64,000 nt of DNA from an uncultured Desulfarculus sp. (GCA_963665125.2 CAXXUK010000001.1:2624001-2688000); one strand, 5' to 3'; shown: positions 48,538 to 58,618, counted from the stretch's first letter. Notes: generated by a model not told the origin, from the sequence alone. Made by a program: numbers and translations.

Positions 48538-49836
48538 ATGAATTCCAGGCTGGAGTATTGCTTTTTGCGTCGCTTTTTGATGATCACATACGCTTTTCCG
48601 CCCATCGGCGGCGCGGGGGTGCAGCGCCCGGCCAAATTCGCCAAATACATTGGAGACTATGGCTGGCAGCCCGTGGTGGCCACGGTGGACCACGGATCGG
48701 CCCCTGCCCAGGACTCCAGCCTGGCCGCCGACCTGCCCGCGGACCTGATCATCGAGCGGCTGCCGACAATGGAGCCCGGTTACGGTGCGGTCAGCGCCGT
48801 GGCCTCGGCGGGCGGGGGATCTTCCCTGAGCGGCATGTTCAAACGCTTGTTGGAGAACCTGATCTTTCCCGACCGCCACATCTTGTGGCTCATCACCGCC
48901 GTCAAGCATGGTCTGCAGGCGGCGGTGCGCCACGGCGTCGAGGCGGTGATGGTGACCGCCCCGCCGTTTTCCAGTTTCATCATGGGGGCGCACATCGCCC
49001 GCAAATTGAATCTACCGCTGATCCTTGACTTCCGTGACGAATGGAGCGGTTATTACGTTCACGGCTTTGAGCCGGGCAAGGGTTCGATTTGGAGCGGCGC
49101 GACCAAATCCCTGGAGAGGCGGCTGGTGACCCAGGCCGCCGTGGTCACCGCGGCAAGTCCGGCCTATTGTCACCGCTTCCAGGAAATCTACGGCGGCGCC
49201 GATGAAAAATACCGCTGGATACCCAACGGTTATGACGCCGAGGATTTCGAAGACTACCTGCCCCTGCCCGTACCCCGGGAAAAGGGCAACCTGCACCTTT
49301 TGTACACGGGCACCGTATTTCCCATAACCAGTCTGGATCCCCTGTGGCGGGCCATGCGCCTTTTGCCTCCGGGCATTCGCAGCCATGTTTTTGTGGAAAT
49401 CTGCGGCCGGGTAACCGGCGGGGAGGTGGTAAAGCCGCGCATTCCGGGATTGCGGGTGGAGGCCAGGGGCTACATGCCGCACAACCAGGTCATAGAGCGC
49501 ATGGCCCGGGCCGACGCCCTTCTGCTGACGCTGGCCGATCTGCCCGGTTCGGAACGGGTCATACCCGGCAAGGTCTTCGAGTACGCCGCGGCCCGCAAGC
49601 CCATACTGGCCATCTGCCCGCCGGGCGTGGCCTCGGTGCTGGCCGAAGGCTTTGGCGGCGTCCGGGTGCCCCCGGCCAAGCCCCAGGCCCTTGCCGGAGT
49701 CATCACCAAGTGGCTGGACGAGCCGCCGGGGCTCCAGGAAAACACGCCGACGCAGTACGAACGCCGCCACCTGACCAAGCTTTTGGCCGACGCCCTGGAT
49801 TATGCGGTGGATCAGCGGCCCAGAGCCGCACGGTAG
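48538..49836 (+). CDS. Glycosyltransferase family 4
   Basis: YAFPPIGGAGVQR, DFRDEW, IPNGYD, PGKVFEY; start may be TTG 48565. Confidence 0.88.
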   Translation: MNSRLEYCFLRRFLMITYAFPPIGGAGVQRPAKFAKYIGDYGWQPVVATVDHGSAPAQDSSLAADLPADLIIERLPTMEPGYGAVSAVASAGGGSSLSGMFKRLLENLIFPDRHILWLITAVKHGLQAAVRHGVEAVMVTAPPFSSFIMGAHIARKLNLPLILDFRDEWSGYYVHGFEPGKGSIWSGATKSLERRLVTQAAVVTAASPAYCHRFQEIYGGADEKYRWIPNGYDAEDFEDYLPLPVPREKGNLHLLYTGTVFPITSLDPLWRAMRLLPPGIRSHVFVEICGRVTGGEVVKPRIPGLRVEARGYMPHNQVIERMARADALLLTLADLPGSERVIPGKVFEYAAARKPILAICPPGVASVLAEGFGGVRVPPAKPQALAGVITKWLDEPPGLQENTPTQYERRHLTKLLADALDYAVDQRPRAAR

Positions 49837-50957
49837 AGCTGGGCGTATTGGGCGGCCATGCTTTGCAGGCTGAAGTTGTCGATCACCCGCTGACGCCCGG
49901 CCGATCCCATTTCCAGACGCAATTGACGGTCCAAGGCCAGCCCGCGTAGATTGGCCCCCAGGCTCTCTGGGTCGGCGGCCGCCGACAACAACCCGCTGAC
50001 GCCATGTTCGACGATCTCGCCGGTCCCGCCGACGTCGGTTGCCGCCACGGCCAACCCGGTGGACATCCCCTCCAGGATGGACAATGACACGCCCTCGCTC
50101 AGCGATGAATTGACAAACACATCGGCCCCGGCCAACAGGCGCGGCACATCGTGGCGGGTGCCCAACAGCAACACCCTGTCCGCCAATCCCAAGGCCGCCG
50201 CCCTTGCCCGCAGGTCCTGGGCCAGATCGCCATCTCCAACGAAAACCAAAACAACATCGCCCCCGGCTCGGTTCAGGGCCTCCACGGCCATGAGGGGATC
50301 TTTTTCCGCTGAAAGCCTGGCCACGCTGACCATGACCATCGTGTGGTCTTGCAGGCCCAACTCGGCGCGGACATCCCGCCGGAGCCGTTCATCGGGCCGG
50401 AATATGCCGGTGTCCACTCCGTTATAAATCAGGCGCAGCCTGGCCTCGGGCAGACGGTCAACCTGCCGGGCAATGCGCATGGAATCGCGGCCCACACATA
50501 CGGTATAGCGGCAAAGCCTGCCCACGATGCGGCTAAGCAGGCGGTAACGGGGCGCGGCCCGCCAGGCCGGGCCGACCATGGACGCGCCGTGGCGGGTGCC
50601 TATCACCGGCGTGCGCGCCAGTATTCCGGCCAGGCCGGCGTAAAGCATGGCCCCCTGGTTGTGGGCGTGCAGCAGGTCGTAGCCTTCCCGGCGAATCAAG
50701 CTCCACAGCTTGGCCACAAGGCCGACGTCGAGCCCGGTGGCCTTGGCCAAGTCGACAACCTTGGCTCCATGCCGCCGGGCCTCGTCTTCCAGTTCGCCGC
50801 CGGATTGCATCACCGCTACGTCGGCCCGCAGACCGACCGATGGCGCGCTGCGAACCATCTCCACCACATCGCGTTCCAGGCCGCCTACCCGCAGAGACGA
50901 ACAAACATGCAAAATCCGTATGTTGTCTACCCCGTCTCCCGGCATTCTTTGCACCAT
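49812..50957 (-). CDS. Glycosyltransferase family 4
   Basis: GGLER, IYNGVD, SEGVSLSILEGM (EX7E). Confidence 0.92.
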   Translation of the reverse strand: MVQRMPGDGVDNIRILHVCSSLRVGGLERDVVEMVRSAPSVGLRADVAVMQSGGELEDEARRHGAKVVDLAKATGLDVGLVAKLWSLIRREGYDLLHAHNQGAMLYAGLAGILARTPVIGTRHGASMVGPAWRAAPRYRLLSRIVGRLCRYTVCVGRDSMRIARQVDRLPEARLRLIYNGVDTGIFRPDERLRRDVRAELGLQDHTMVMVSVARLSAEKDPLMAVEALNRAGGDVVLVFVGDGDLAQDLRARAAALGLADRVLLLGTRHDVPRLLAGADVFVNSSLSEGVSLSILEGMSTGLAVAATDVGGTGEIVEHGVSGLLSAAADPESLGANLRGLALDRQLRLEMGSAGRQRVIDNFSLQSMAAQYAQLYRAALGR

Positions 50958-51072
50958 ACCAGACCGCCGCGCTGTGACTATCTAGTAACAATTGAAATCA
51001 TTAACGATTTAAACTATCATGAATCGTGTTGAATTTGTCTTTTATTTGCCGGCAAGAGGTCAAGCAGTGCGA

Positions 51073-51267
51073 ATGTCCAATTTTCTAGCAGTTATCCTTG
51101 CTCTTCTGGGTGTGGCGGCGATAGGTTCTCTGGTGCCACTCCTCGATGCCTTCAACTATGCCCTGGACAAAGGCGGCACCCTCCTTGTGCTTAGCTTTCT
51201 GGTCTTGTTGTTGGGAATGGGAGTCTGGCTGATAATCGTAGCCTGGAGAATGTACCGGCGGAAATGA
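51073..51267 (+). CDS. Small two-TM membrane protein
   Basis: Two hydrophobic helices and a basic tail. Confidence 0.45.
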   Translation: MSNFLAVILALLGVAAIGSLVPLLDAFNYALDKGGTLLVLSFLVLLLGMGVWLIIVAWRMYRRK

Positions 51268-51334
51268 AAACCAGGGCCGTTCATACCGCCTCCATCCACT
51301 CCGGAGGGATGGCCGCCTTGGTAACCGTGAGATA

Positions 51335-52510
51335 ATGGCAGATCAAGCTATACCCGACAACTACTGGCTGCGTGTCCTGGGTCTGACCAGCCTTTATCCC
51401 AATGCCTGGCAGCCCTTTGCCGCGACCTTCAACCGCCAGCAATTGGACGCACTTTCGAGCCAATGCCGGCTGAGCCTGGTGGCGCCGGTGTTTTTCACCC
51501 GCCTTTTCGGTCCCAAACCCGGCGGCGAGCCCAAGCCGCCCCATGAAGTGATCAGGCCGATTTATTGGTATCCGCCGGGCTTGCTTCGCGGCAGCCATGG
51601 GAGTTGTTTTTTCCGTAGCACCTGGCCCAGCCTACGCAAGGCGGCGGCGCGTCTCAAGCCCCAGGTAATGCTGGCAACATGGGCCTATCCCGACGGCTGG
51701 GCGGCTCTGCACGCGGCCCGCCGCCTGGGCCTGCCCCTGGTGCTCAAGCTGCACGGCTCGGACATAAACGTGCAACCGGCCGACGAGGCCCGCCGCCCGT
51801 TGATCAGCCGGGCTCTGGCCGGTGCGGACCAGGTCGTGGCCGTCAGCGGCGCCCTGGCCCGGCGGGCCGTGGAGCTTGGCGCGAGATCCAATACCACCCA
51901 CGTTGTGCCCAACGGCGTGGACGCCCGACTATTCCACCCCTCGGACAGAGCAGAATGCCGCGCCATGCTGGGCCTGCCCCAAGACGCCCGGATCGTGCTT
52001 TTCGTCGGCCACCTGGCCGCGATCAAGGACCCGCTAACCATTTTGGAGGCCATTGCCGGCGTGGACAATGCCCTGCTGGTCATGGTGGGCCATGGTCCGT
52101 TGAAAGACGCGATCATGCAAAAAACGGCGTCACTTGCCATGGGAAACCGCCTGGTCCTGGCCGGGGAGCAGCCCCTGGAAAAGGTGCCGCTGTACATGGC
52201 CGCCGCGGACTGTCTCTGTCTGGCCAGCCGGGCCGAGGGTTCGCCCAACGTGGTCCGGGAGGCCCTGTCCTGCGGACTGCCGGTGGTCGCCTCTGATGTC
52301 GGCGATATAGGGCAGGTCATAACCGACCCGCTGTTGGGGCGGATTTGCCCGCCCGGCGATATTGCCTGTTTTTCCCGATCCATCAGCGAGTTGTTGGGCC
52401 AAGACGCCCCGGCCGGGCAAATCCAGGCCAAGGCCGCCATACCGTCATGGAGGGAATCTGCCGGGCAACTGCTGGCCGTCCTGGAGCGGGCCGCCGCAGT
52501 ACGCTGTTGA
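51335..52510 (+). CDS. Glycosyltransferase family 4 (TuaC-like)
   Basis: YPDG, HGSDIN, PNGVD, EGSPNVVREA. Confidence 0.9.
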   Translation: MADQAIPDNYWLRVLGLTSLYPNAWQPFAATFNRQQLDALSSQCRLSLVAPVFFTRLFGPKPGGEPKPPHEVIRPIYWYPPGLLRGSHGSCFFRSTWPSLRKAAARLKPQVMLATWAYPDGWAALHAARRLGLPLVLKLHGSDINVQPADEARRPLISRALAGADQVVAVSGALARRAVELGARSNTTHVVPNGVDARLFHPSDRAECRAMLGLPQDARIVLFVGHLAAIKDPLTILEAIAGVDNALLVMVGHGPLKDAIMQKTASLAMGNRLVLAGEQPLEKVPLYMAAADCLCLASRAEGSPNVVREALSCGLPVVASDVGDIGQVITDPLLGRICPPGDIACFSRSISELLGQDAPAGQIQAKAAIPSWRESAGQLLAVLERAAAVRC

Positions 52511-52523
52511 TTTTCCGGAATAA

Positions 52524-53444
52524 TCAGTTGGCGAACAACGCCGCCTGGCGCTGGGCCACTTCCTCGGGCAGCAGGCGCAGGGCCCTCTGGGGCAGGGCAA
52601 AGGCGGCCTGATGGGTGGGAATGTTGTAGTAGTCCATCCGGCCCAAGGCGGCGACGCGCTCGGGGTCCGGTTCGGCCAAGGGGTCCGGCCCCAGGGAGCA
52701 CAGGGCCAAGCCCATGACCCCGGAGACATAAGTCGGCACGTTGGTGGTGTAATAGTGGGCGTAGTCGAACATATCAACTAAAAATTCGAACACGTCGCTG
52801 ATCAAATCGGCATAGAGGAAATAGGACTCCATCTGAGCCGCCACCACGCCGCCGGGTTTCAGAGCCCTGCGCACGTCTTCGTAAAAGGAGCGGCCATACA
52901 GGGCCTGGGCCGGGCCGATAGGGTCCGAGCTGTCGATGATCACTGCATCCCACCGGCCCTGGGAGCCGCGCATGAACTCCACGGCGTCCTGGGTGCGCAC
53001 CTCGACCCTGTCGTCCTCCAGGCTTTGAGCCACCTGGGGCAGGTGCTCTTTACTGGCCCGAACCACCTCCGCATCAATCTCGCACACGACAACCCGTTCA
53101 ACGCTGTCATGGCGTAGCGTCTCGCGGACAATACCGCCGTCTCCGCCGCCCACCACCAGCACCTCCTTGGGCTCGGGATGGGTCAGCAGGGGAACGTGGG
53201 TAAGCATCTCGTGATAGGCCGCCTCGTCAAAATCGCAGGTCTGAGGCACGCCGTCCAAAAGCAGCATGTTACCCAGTTCTCCGGCGTCGATCATCTGGAG
53301 ATGCTGGTACTTTGTTTGCCGGTCTTCCAGCACCCGGTCAACACCGATGCAAAGGCGCAGAGATCCATCAAGCTCCGGCGGCTCCAGATACAGGGCGCCG
53401 TCCCGGAGTTGATTGGTCGCTTTTTTGTCTAGTCCGTCAGCCAT
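52524..53444 (-). CDS. speE: Polyamine aminopropyltransferase (spermidine synthase)
   Basis: LLLDG, DEAAYHEML, VLVVGGGDGG, EID, IIDSSDP. Confidence 0.95.
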   Translation of the reverse strand: MADGLDKKATNQLRDGALYLEPPELDGSLRLCIGVDRVLEDRQTKYQHLQMIDAGELGNMLLLDGVPQTCDFDEAAYHEMLTHVPLLTHPEPKEVLVVGGGDGGIVRETLRHDSVERVVVCEIDAEVVRASKEHLPQVAQSLEDDRVEVRTQDAVEFMRGSQGRWDAVIIDSSDPIGPAQALYGRSFYEDVRRALKPGGVVAAQMESYFLYADLISDVFEFLVDMFDYAHYYTTNVPTYVSGVMGLALCSLGPDPLAEPDPERVAALGRMDYYNIPTHQAAFALPQRALRLLPEEVAQRQAALFAN

Positions 53445-53499
53445 TTCCTTGCAGGACCCGGAGTTCGGGGCGCGCCGCCCCGAATCGTCGGTTCGTCAG

Positions 53500-53904
53500 T
53501 CAAGTATCCCCGCCGCAGGCAACCTGGGGTTTGTGCATGATCTGGTCATCGGGCATGTCCAGCATGCCCCTGGTCAACATCATCTTCTGCACGTTCTGGG
53601 CCTTGAGGCCGCTACGCAGGCTTTCGGTGGCCGCATGCATATCAATGACATCACCGCAGGTAAAGACATCCAACGCGGCGTAACCGTACTCGGGCCAGGT
53701 GTGGATCGTGAAATGAGATTCGCTGATGATGATCACGCCACTGACGCCCTGGGGGGCGAATTGGTGAAAAAACGGCTTGATCATCGTGGCGCCGGAGGCG
53801 TGAACGGCCCGCGTCATTTCGGTTTCGATTGTTTGCGGATCATCAAGGATAGCTTGGGGGCAGCCATACAATTCGAGGATGAGGTGCTGTCCTAATGCTT
53901 TCAT
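53500..53904 (-). CDS. speD: S-adenosylmethionine decarboxylase proenzyme
   Basis: GVSGVIIISESH cleavage motif, HTWPE, DVFTCG; adjacent to speE. Confidence 0.95.
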   Translation of the reverse strand: MKALGQHLILELYGCPQAILDDPQTIETEMTRAVHASGATMIKPFFHQFAPQGVSGVIIISESHFTIHTWPEYGYAALDVFTCGDVIDMHAATESLRSGLKAQNVQKMMLTRGMLDMPDDQIMHKPQVACGGDT

Positions 53905-54375
53905 AGCCCCTCCCCAGCCGGATCACTTTAGAGCCTTTCGGCCCTCGCGCCCGGATTGCCAGGGTTATTCCATAATGGTGGCCGCCTTGAAAAGCGACCA
54001 ACAAATCACTGCAAAATGGGAACCCAAGCGCAAAACGCATCATCGCCGGGGGGCGGAAGCTGCTGTGCCTGAAAGCATTCAGGCCATTGAGATATGTGCG
54101 TTTTTAAGACCCGGTCCCGCTAGAAGCTGCGCATTTTTGCGTCGCGAACGGGAGGGCGTTGCATGGGGTCCCCCGTTTCTTTGTTCGCCATGAAGCCGAC
54201 GAGCCCCAAGAGCGATATACTGTAAAAGGTGACGGCAATTACTACACCTTCTGATACTGTGCGTCAACACAGTAACGCAACTTGTTAAAAAAAACATACC
54301 GGTATTTTCATGCCGCTTCGGGCATAACCATAAATTTCCTTGATATATCTTCCGTTTCCTATGTTATCGTTTGTA

Positions 54376-54404
54376 TTGACGCTTGGTCTCAAGGGCCCTA
54401 ACAT
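54376..54404 (+). promoter_or_regulatory. Putative sigma70 promoter of the IHF gene
   Basis: TTGACG-N17-TAACAT. Confidence 0.55.
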
Positions 54405-54441
54405 ATAAAAGAAGCATATGATCAAACCAAGGGGACGGAAC

Positions 54442-54723
54442 ATGACCTTGACAAAAGCCGACATCATCGCTCGTGTTTATGCGAAGGGACAGCTAACCAA
54501 GGCTGAGGCGTCCGACAGCGTGGAAAAATCACTCGGCCTCATCAAGCAAGCTCTGGATGCGGGAGACGAGGTGCTGGTAAGCGGTTTCGGAAAGTGGACG
54601 GTGCGGGACAAGAACCAACGCCGGGGCCGTAATCCGCAAACCGGCGATCCGTTGACTCTACCGCCGCGCCGGGTGGTTACATTCAGGCCGTCAAGGGTGC
54701 TCAAGGCGAAGATCCAGAAATAA
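54442..54723 (+). CDS. ihfA: Integration host factor alpha-like DNA-binding protein
   Basis: MTLTKADI, SGFGKW, RRGRNPQTG, RRVVTFRPS. Confidence 0.85.
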   Translation: MTLTKADIIARVYAKGQLTKAEASDSVEKSLGLIKQALDAGDEVLVSGFGKWTVRDKNQRRGRNPQTGDPLTLPPRRVVTFRPSRVLKAKIQK

Positions 54724-54916
54724 GCACCTCGGGCCTTATCGCGATGCCGCTTGGGTGGACACCGATCCGCCGAGGCGGCATTGCTTTGTATTTCAGCCAA
54801 ATATCGGGTTAATTTTACCCGGCCCGCGAATTTATTACCCACCAGCCAGTCGGCCTATTTCTTTTTCCGTAATATAACCCCTCCTTATTCCGTCATATTT
54901 GGCAAAAGCGATTTAC

Positions 54917-54932
54917 TGGCATGGTATGTGCT
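54917..54932 (+). promoter_or_regulatory. Sigma54 (-24/-12) promoter
   Basis: TGGCAT-GGTAT-GTGCT (GG-N10-GC). Confidence 0.6.
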
Positions 54933-54970
54933 TTATTCATGGACCAACAAGCCAGCAATGGAGGGACACA

Positions 54971-55141
54971 ATGAGTACGCCAGCTGTCAGCATCAAAGAA
55001 ATCAAGCGTATGTCGCGCAACAGGATTCGCACCACCGTGGGCCAATTGATTGCCGCTTTGCAGGATGCCAGTGATGATGATCTGTTGGTAATCGCCGCGG
55101 CCGCCCGGATCTTGGCGGAAAACGGCCACTTGGAGTCGTAA
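54971..55141 (+). CDS. 56-aa hypothetical protein
   Basis: GGAGG RBS, ATG, helical amphipathic sequence (TTVGQLIAALQDA). Confidence 0.65.
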   Translation: MSTPAVSIKEIKRMSRNRIRTTVGQLIAALQDASDDDLLVIAAAARILAENGHLES

Positions 55142-55142
55142 A

Positions 55143-55229
55143 TTGCAAGTCTTGGAATTCATAAAAGCTCTGGCCTGCACCTGCGGCGCGGTCATGGGGC
55201 TGGTGCTCGCCCTGACCGGATGGTTTTAA
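55143..55229 (+). CDS. Putative 28-aa hydrophobic peptide
   Basis: TTG one base after the upstream stop, GGAG 7 nt upstream; MQVLEFIKALACTCGAVMGLVLALTGWF. Confidence 0.35.
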   Translation: MQVLEFIKALACTCGAVMGLVLALTGWF

Positions 55230-55460
55230 TCCGGGGGAGATCAGCCGACTCACGCCCTCAACCTAAATCGCCGGCCCGACATTTCCAGGCCCAATGCTTG
55301 GGCTCCCAGTTCGCGGACAAAACTCAGCATCCCGATAAACGCCTGTGGCCCCGGACATGCTTCGTCGGCCAGGCCGCCCCAGGCCCAATGTTTGGGTTCA
55401 ATGCCTAACCTTTTCCAGCTCTGTGCCGACGCAATCTTTCCGAATAAAGCCAATATTCCC

Positions 55461-55534
55461 CTGGGGGAAGTGGGGACCCCCTTTCGACAAAGGTGGTCCC
55501 TGTCTCCCCCCAGACCCCCTATCCCCCCTCCAAA
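55461..55534. repeat. Imperfect hairpin element resembling deltaproteobacterial intergenic repeats
   Basis: ctggggga..gggacc..cctttcgacaaagg..ggtccc..tccccccag followed by a C-rich tail. Confidence 0.5.
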
Positions 55535-55956
55535 TGACGTTGCCTCAAGATGGGTCTGAGATTCCCTGGGATACGCCAGTATCAATAGCCAATCCGTGCG
55601 TGTTGGCGAATGGAATTGCTCGCTTCATACAGGCCTACGCCATGACCCGGTATGCGGGCCGTGCCCGATAACAGATTAGTGGCCGGTTGAGTCTGGCTAT
55701 TTGCTTGGCAACACCTGTTCCAAATGGATAGGCTGGCCAGGACGGCCAGCCCGGCGCAGCGCGAAGCCATGCGCCGTAAGCCCCGGATCGGACTTGCTAC
55801 GGCCGGGGCGCTGTTTCTCGGGCCAGGGACGGCCCGAGAAACAAGGAACAGCAGCACCCCAAGCATTGGGTTGACCGGGGCGATGGCGTCGCGTAATCTT
55901 GGTCATGATCAACCAGCCGGTTATACGGGCGTAATCAGGCGCCCGGGGGAAAAGAC

Positions 55957-56214
55957 ATGCCGAAATACTTCCATTCCTTTATTGAAGAATATGACGAATT
56001 GATCGCCTTTGGCCTGGACCGTAAAAACGACGAACTGGCGGTGAAGGCCTACTTGCAGATGTTTTCCGATGATGATTGCAGTTCGGTGATGACCAGCCGC
56101 ATGAAGCAGGATGAGCTGACGGCCCTGTTCGACATGATCAGCGACCTGTTGCGGCGGCATCTGAATGAAGAAGAGTATCACAACCTCTTCCTCAAGGAAG
56201 AACACCACCATTAA
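55957..56214 (+). CDS. Conserved small cytoplasmic hypothetical protein
   Basis: Acidic protein-like 85-aa ORF (AFGLDR..DE, LRRHL.EEEYH.LFLK). Confidence 0.8.
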   Translation: MPKYFHSFIEEYDELIAFGLDRKNDELAVKAYLQMFSDDDCSSVMTSRMKQDELTALFDMISDLLRRHLNEEEYHNLFLKEEHHH

Positions 56215-56234
56215 CAGACCGTCGGGGGCTGATC

Positions 56235-57368
56235 ATGAGCCAAGTCAAGCCATCGGACCTTATGGCCATCCGGGCTGTTTTGGAAGGCGCGTTTTTTTCG
56301 CCGCTGCGACTGTACGACTGGCCCGCCTTTTTATTCGGCCAACCGGGGCTGTTGGACCTGGAAGACGAAGAGGTCTTTGACATCTTTGTACGGGCCGCCA
56401 CCGCATCATTTACGCTGCATCCGGAGATGGACCCGGCCACGCCGCCCCTGGAGCGAATCTTCCAATCCGACGGCCCGGCGGTTTTGGCCCAGGTAATGGC
56501 CAACCTGCGGGGCGACAGGCCCATGCTGTTCCACCGGATGCTGTTGTCGCTGCCGACTATCAAGGACGGCTCGCTGAATCCCCAGGACTTTGAGCTGGTG
56601 GAGGATTTCCTGGCCAAGGCCCTGGCGTCGCCAATGGAGTTGAGCCAGTCGGCGGCCGACGAAACCGATGTGCTTTACAAACGGGGCATGCGAGCGGCGG
56701 GTCTGGATCCGGACAATATCTCCGACGAGTTGTTGGAGGCCGCCGCCCGGATATTGGCCCACCCCGAGGCCAGGCGCTGCACCAGCGATATCGAGCTATT
56801 GATGTGGCTCTGCGGCGGCGGGGCCACCGAGGGCATCCCGGCCGACTTGGCCACAGGAGCCGTGGTGGAGGCCTGGAGCCGCTGGGTGGCGGCGGTGACG
56901 GCCCAGCCCGAGGGCATGAGGCTGTTGATGCGTCTGTGGCCGGAGATGGCCCTGAGCCAGGCAGAGTTGGACCAGTTCGGCCCGTCGGCCAGGGAAGGCG
57001 ATCCGGTCATCGAGGCCCAGTGCCCCTATTGCGCGGCCGTCAATTCCCTGCGCCTGGGCTCCAAGGTTGAAGAAATTACCCGCTGCCCCCATCTGATATT
57101 CGTGGGCACCAGCGACGAGGCCCACCTGTTCCAGGTGCTCAGGCACTTTGACATGGGCGCCGACACCGAGGCCCTGCTGGAGTCGTATTACGACTCTCCG
57201 GCCGACATGGACCTCTACGCCACGTTCGTCAACGACATGGTGGAGATGCTCCTGGCCCAGGGCCGCCTGGATTCAGCCGAGGTGACCTGCAAACGCTCGC
57301 CCCAGGCGTTTTATTATTTGCGGGCCTATTTCGCGGCCAGGGAAGAAGACGAAGCCACGAGGCACTGA
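56235..57368 (+). CDS. Hypothetical protein with CPYC...CPH motif
   Basis: Long ORF with genome-typical codon usage in an operon-like run. Confidence 0.75.
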   Translation: MSQVKPSDLMAIRAVLEGAFFSPLRLYDWPAFLFGQPGLLDLEDEEVFDIFVRAATASFTLHPEMDPATPPLERIFQSDGPAVLAQVMANLRGDRPMLFHRMLLSLPTIKDGSLNPQDFELVEDFLAKALASPMELSQSAADETDVLYKRGMRAAGLDPDNISDELLEAAARILAHPEARRCTSDIELLMWLCGGGATEGIPADLATGAVVEAWSRWVAAVTAQPEGMRLLMRLWPEMALSQAELDQFGPSAREGDPVIEAQCPYCAAVNSLRLGSKVEEITRCPHLIFVGTSDEAHLFQVLRHFDMGADTEALLESYYDSPADMDLYATFVNDMVEMLLAQGRLDSAEVTCKRSPQAFYYLRAYFAAREEDEATRH

Positions 57369-57413
57369 GCAGGCCCGTTTTTTGGCGGCAACCAGCCTAT
57401 TGGAGGATTCACC

Positions 57414-58463
57414 GTGCAATTATCCGAGCTGTTGGCCAAAGTATGCGACCCGGTAGGCCCTCCGGGCAGGGAAGACGAGGTGCGCCGGGTGATCAGCGAA
57501 CTGGCCGCGCCCCATGCCCACAAGCTGGAGACCGACCGCATGGGCAACCTGCGGGCCTGGATAAACCCGGACAAGCGGCCCCTGGTCATGCTCGACGCCC
57601 ACATGGACGAGGTCTGTTTCGTGGTCCAGCGCATCACCGACGGCGGCTGGCTGGGCATCGCCGCCATGAACGGATTCGAGCCCAGGGTGCTGCCCGGCGC
57701 CTCGGTGCTGCTCCAGCCCAGGCCGGGCAAGCTGGTGCGGGGCGTTGTGGGCCTGGCCCCGCCTCATATCGAAAAACCGGCTGACCGGGAAAAGGCCCTG
57801 CCCATGGAAAGCCTGTTCGTAGATATCGGAGCCTCCAACGCCGAGGAGGCCCAAAAGGCGGGCATCGAGATCGGCACACCGGGCGTGGCCGACGCGGGCA
57901 GCGGCAGGCTGCTGGGCAAAGTTTATCATCACCGCAACCTGGACGACCGGGCCGGGTGCGCCATTCTACTGGACGTGCTGGGCCGCTTGGCCGCTACGCC
58001 TCCGGATATGGGCGTGGTCTGCAACTTTGCCGTGGCCGAGGAAGTTGGCCTGCGCGGGGCCACCACCGCCGCCTTTGACCTGGACCCGGACCTGGCCCTG
58101 GCGGTGGAGGTGACCATCGGCGATACGCCGGGCGTGGACTTGGCCCGCCAGGTCAGCAAGCTGGGCAAGGGACCGGTGATCACCGTGGCCGACGGCCGGA
58201 TCATCGTGCCCTGGGCCATTGTGGAGTCACTGGAGCGGGCCGCCGCAGCCGCCGGGACACCCTGCCAACGCAAGCTGCCGCCCTATGGCGGCACCGACGC
58301 CGGGGCCATCCACATCAGCAGGGGCGGCATCCCCACCGGCGTGGTCAGCGTGCCCAGCCGCAACATCCATTCGCCGGTTAGCCTGCTCAATCTCGACGAT
58401 CTTGCGGCCACGGCCAACTTGGTTGAGCAATGGGTGCGGAGTTCGGCGGCCTTGGCAAATTGA
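57414..58463 (+). CDS. M42-family metallopeptidase
   Basis: DAHMDE, LDDRAG, AEEVGLRGA, GGTDAG, IHSP. Confidence 0.92.
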   Translation: MQLSELLAKVCDPVGPPGREDEVRRVISELAAPHAHKLETDRMGNLRAWINPDKRPLVMLDAHMDEVCFVVQRITDGGWLGIAAMNGFEPRVLPGASVLLQPRPGKLVRGVVGLAPPHIEKPADREKALPMESLFVDIGASNAEEAQKAGIEIGTPGVADAGSGRLLGKVYHHRNLDDRAGCAILLDVLGRLAATPPDMGVVCNFAVAEEVGLRGATTAAFDLDPDLALAVEVTIGDTPGVDLARQVSKLGKGPVITVADGRIIVPWAIVESLERAAAAAGTPCQRKLPPYGGTDAGAIHISRGGIPTGVVSVPSRNIHSPVSLLNLDDLAATANLVEQWVRSSAALAN

Positions 58464-58592
58464 CACCAGCGCCGCGGTCCGGGATGCATGCCGGGCCGCG
58501 GCTTATTTCCCACCAACTGAGTTACATTTTCCCCGCCCGGCAATTATCATAAGAGGAATATCAAAGCGGCGCCTTCATCAAGCACCGCCCAT

Positions 58593-58618
58593 AAAAAAGC
58601 CGGGCCGCGAAGCCCGGT
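58593..58618 (-). terminator. Rho-independent terminator
   Basis: gccgggc/gcccggt stem with an A6 run on the + strand. Confidence 0.65.

Noticed and set aside
47922..51267. Small secreted or membrane ORFs as possible PEP-CTERM substrates
   Set aside because: 47922 ORF lacks a C-terminal TM and basic tail; 51073 ORF lacks a VPEP-like motif and an extracellular domain
55582..55912. Minus-strand ORFs of 94 and 71 aa
   Set aside because: No recognisable motif or clear RBS; cannot be supported
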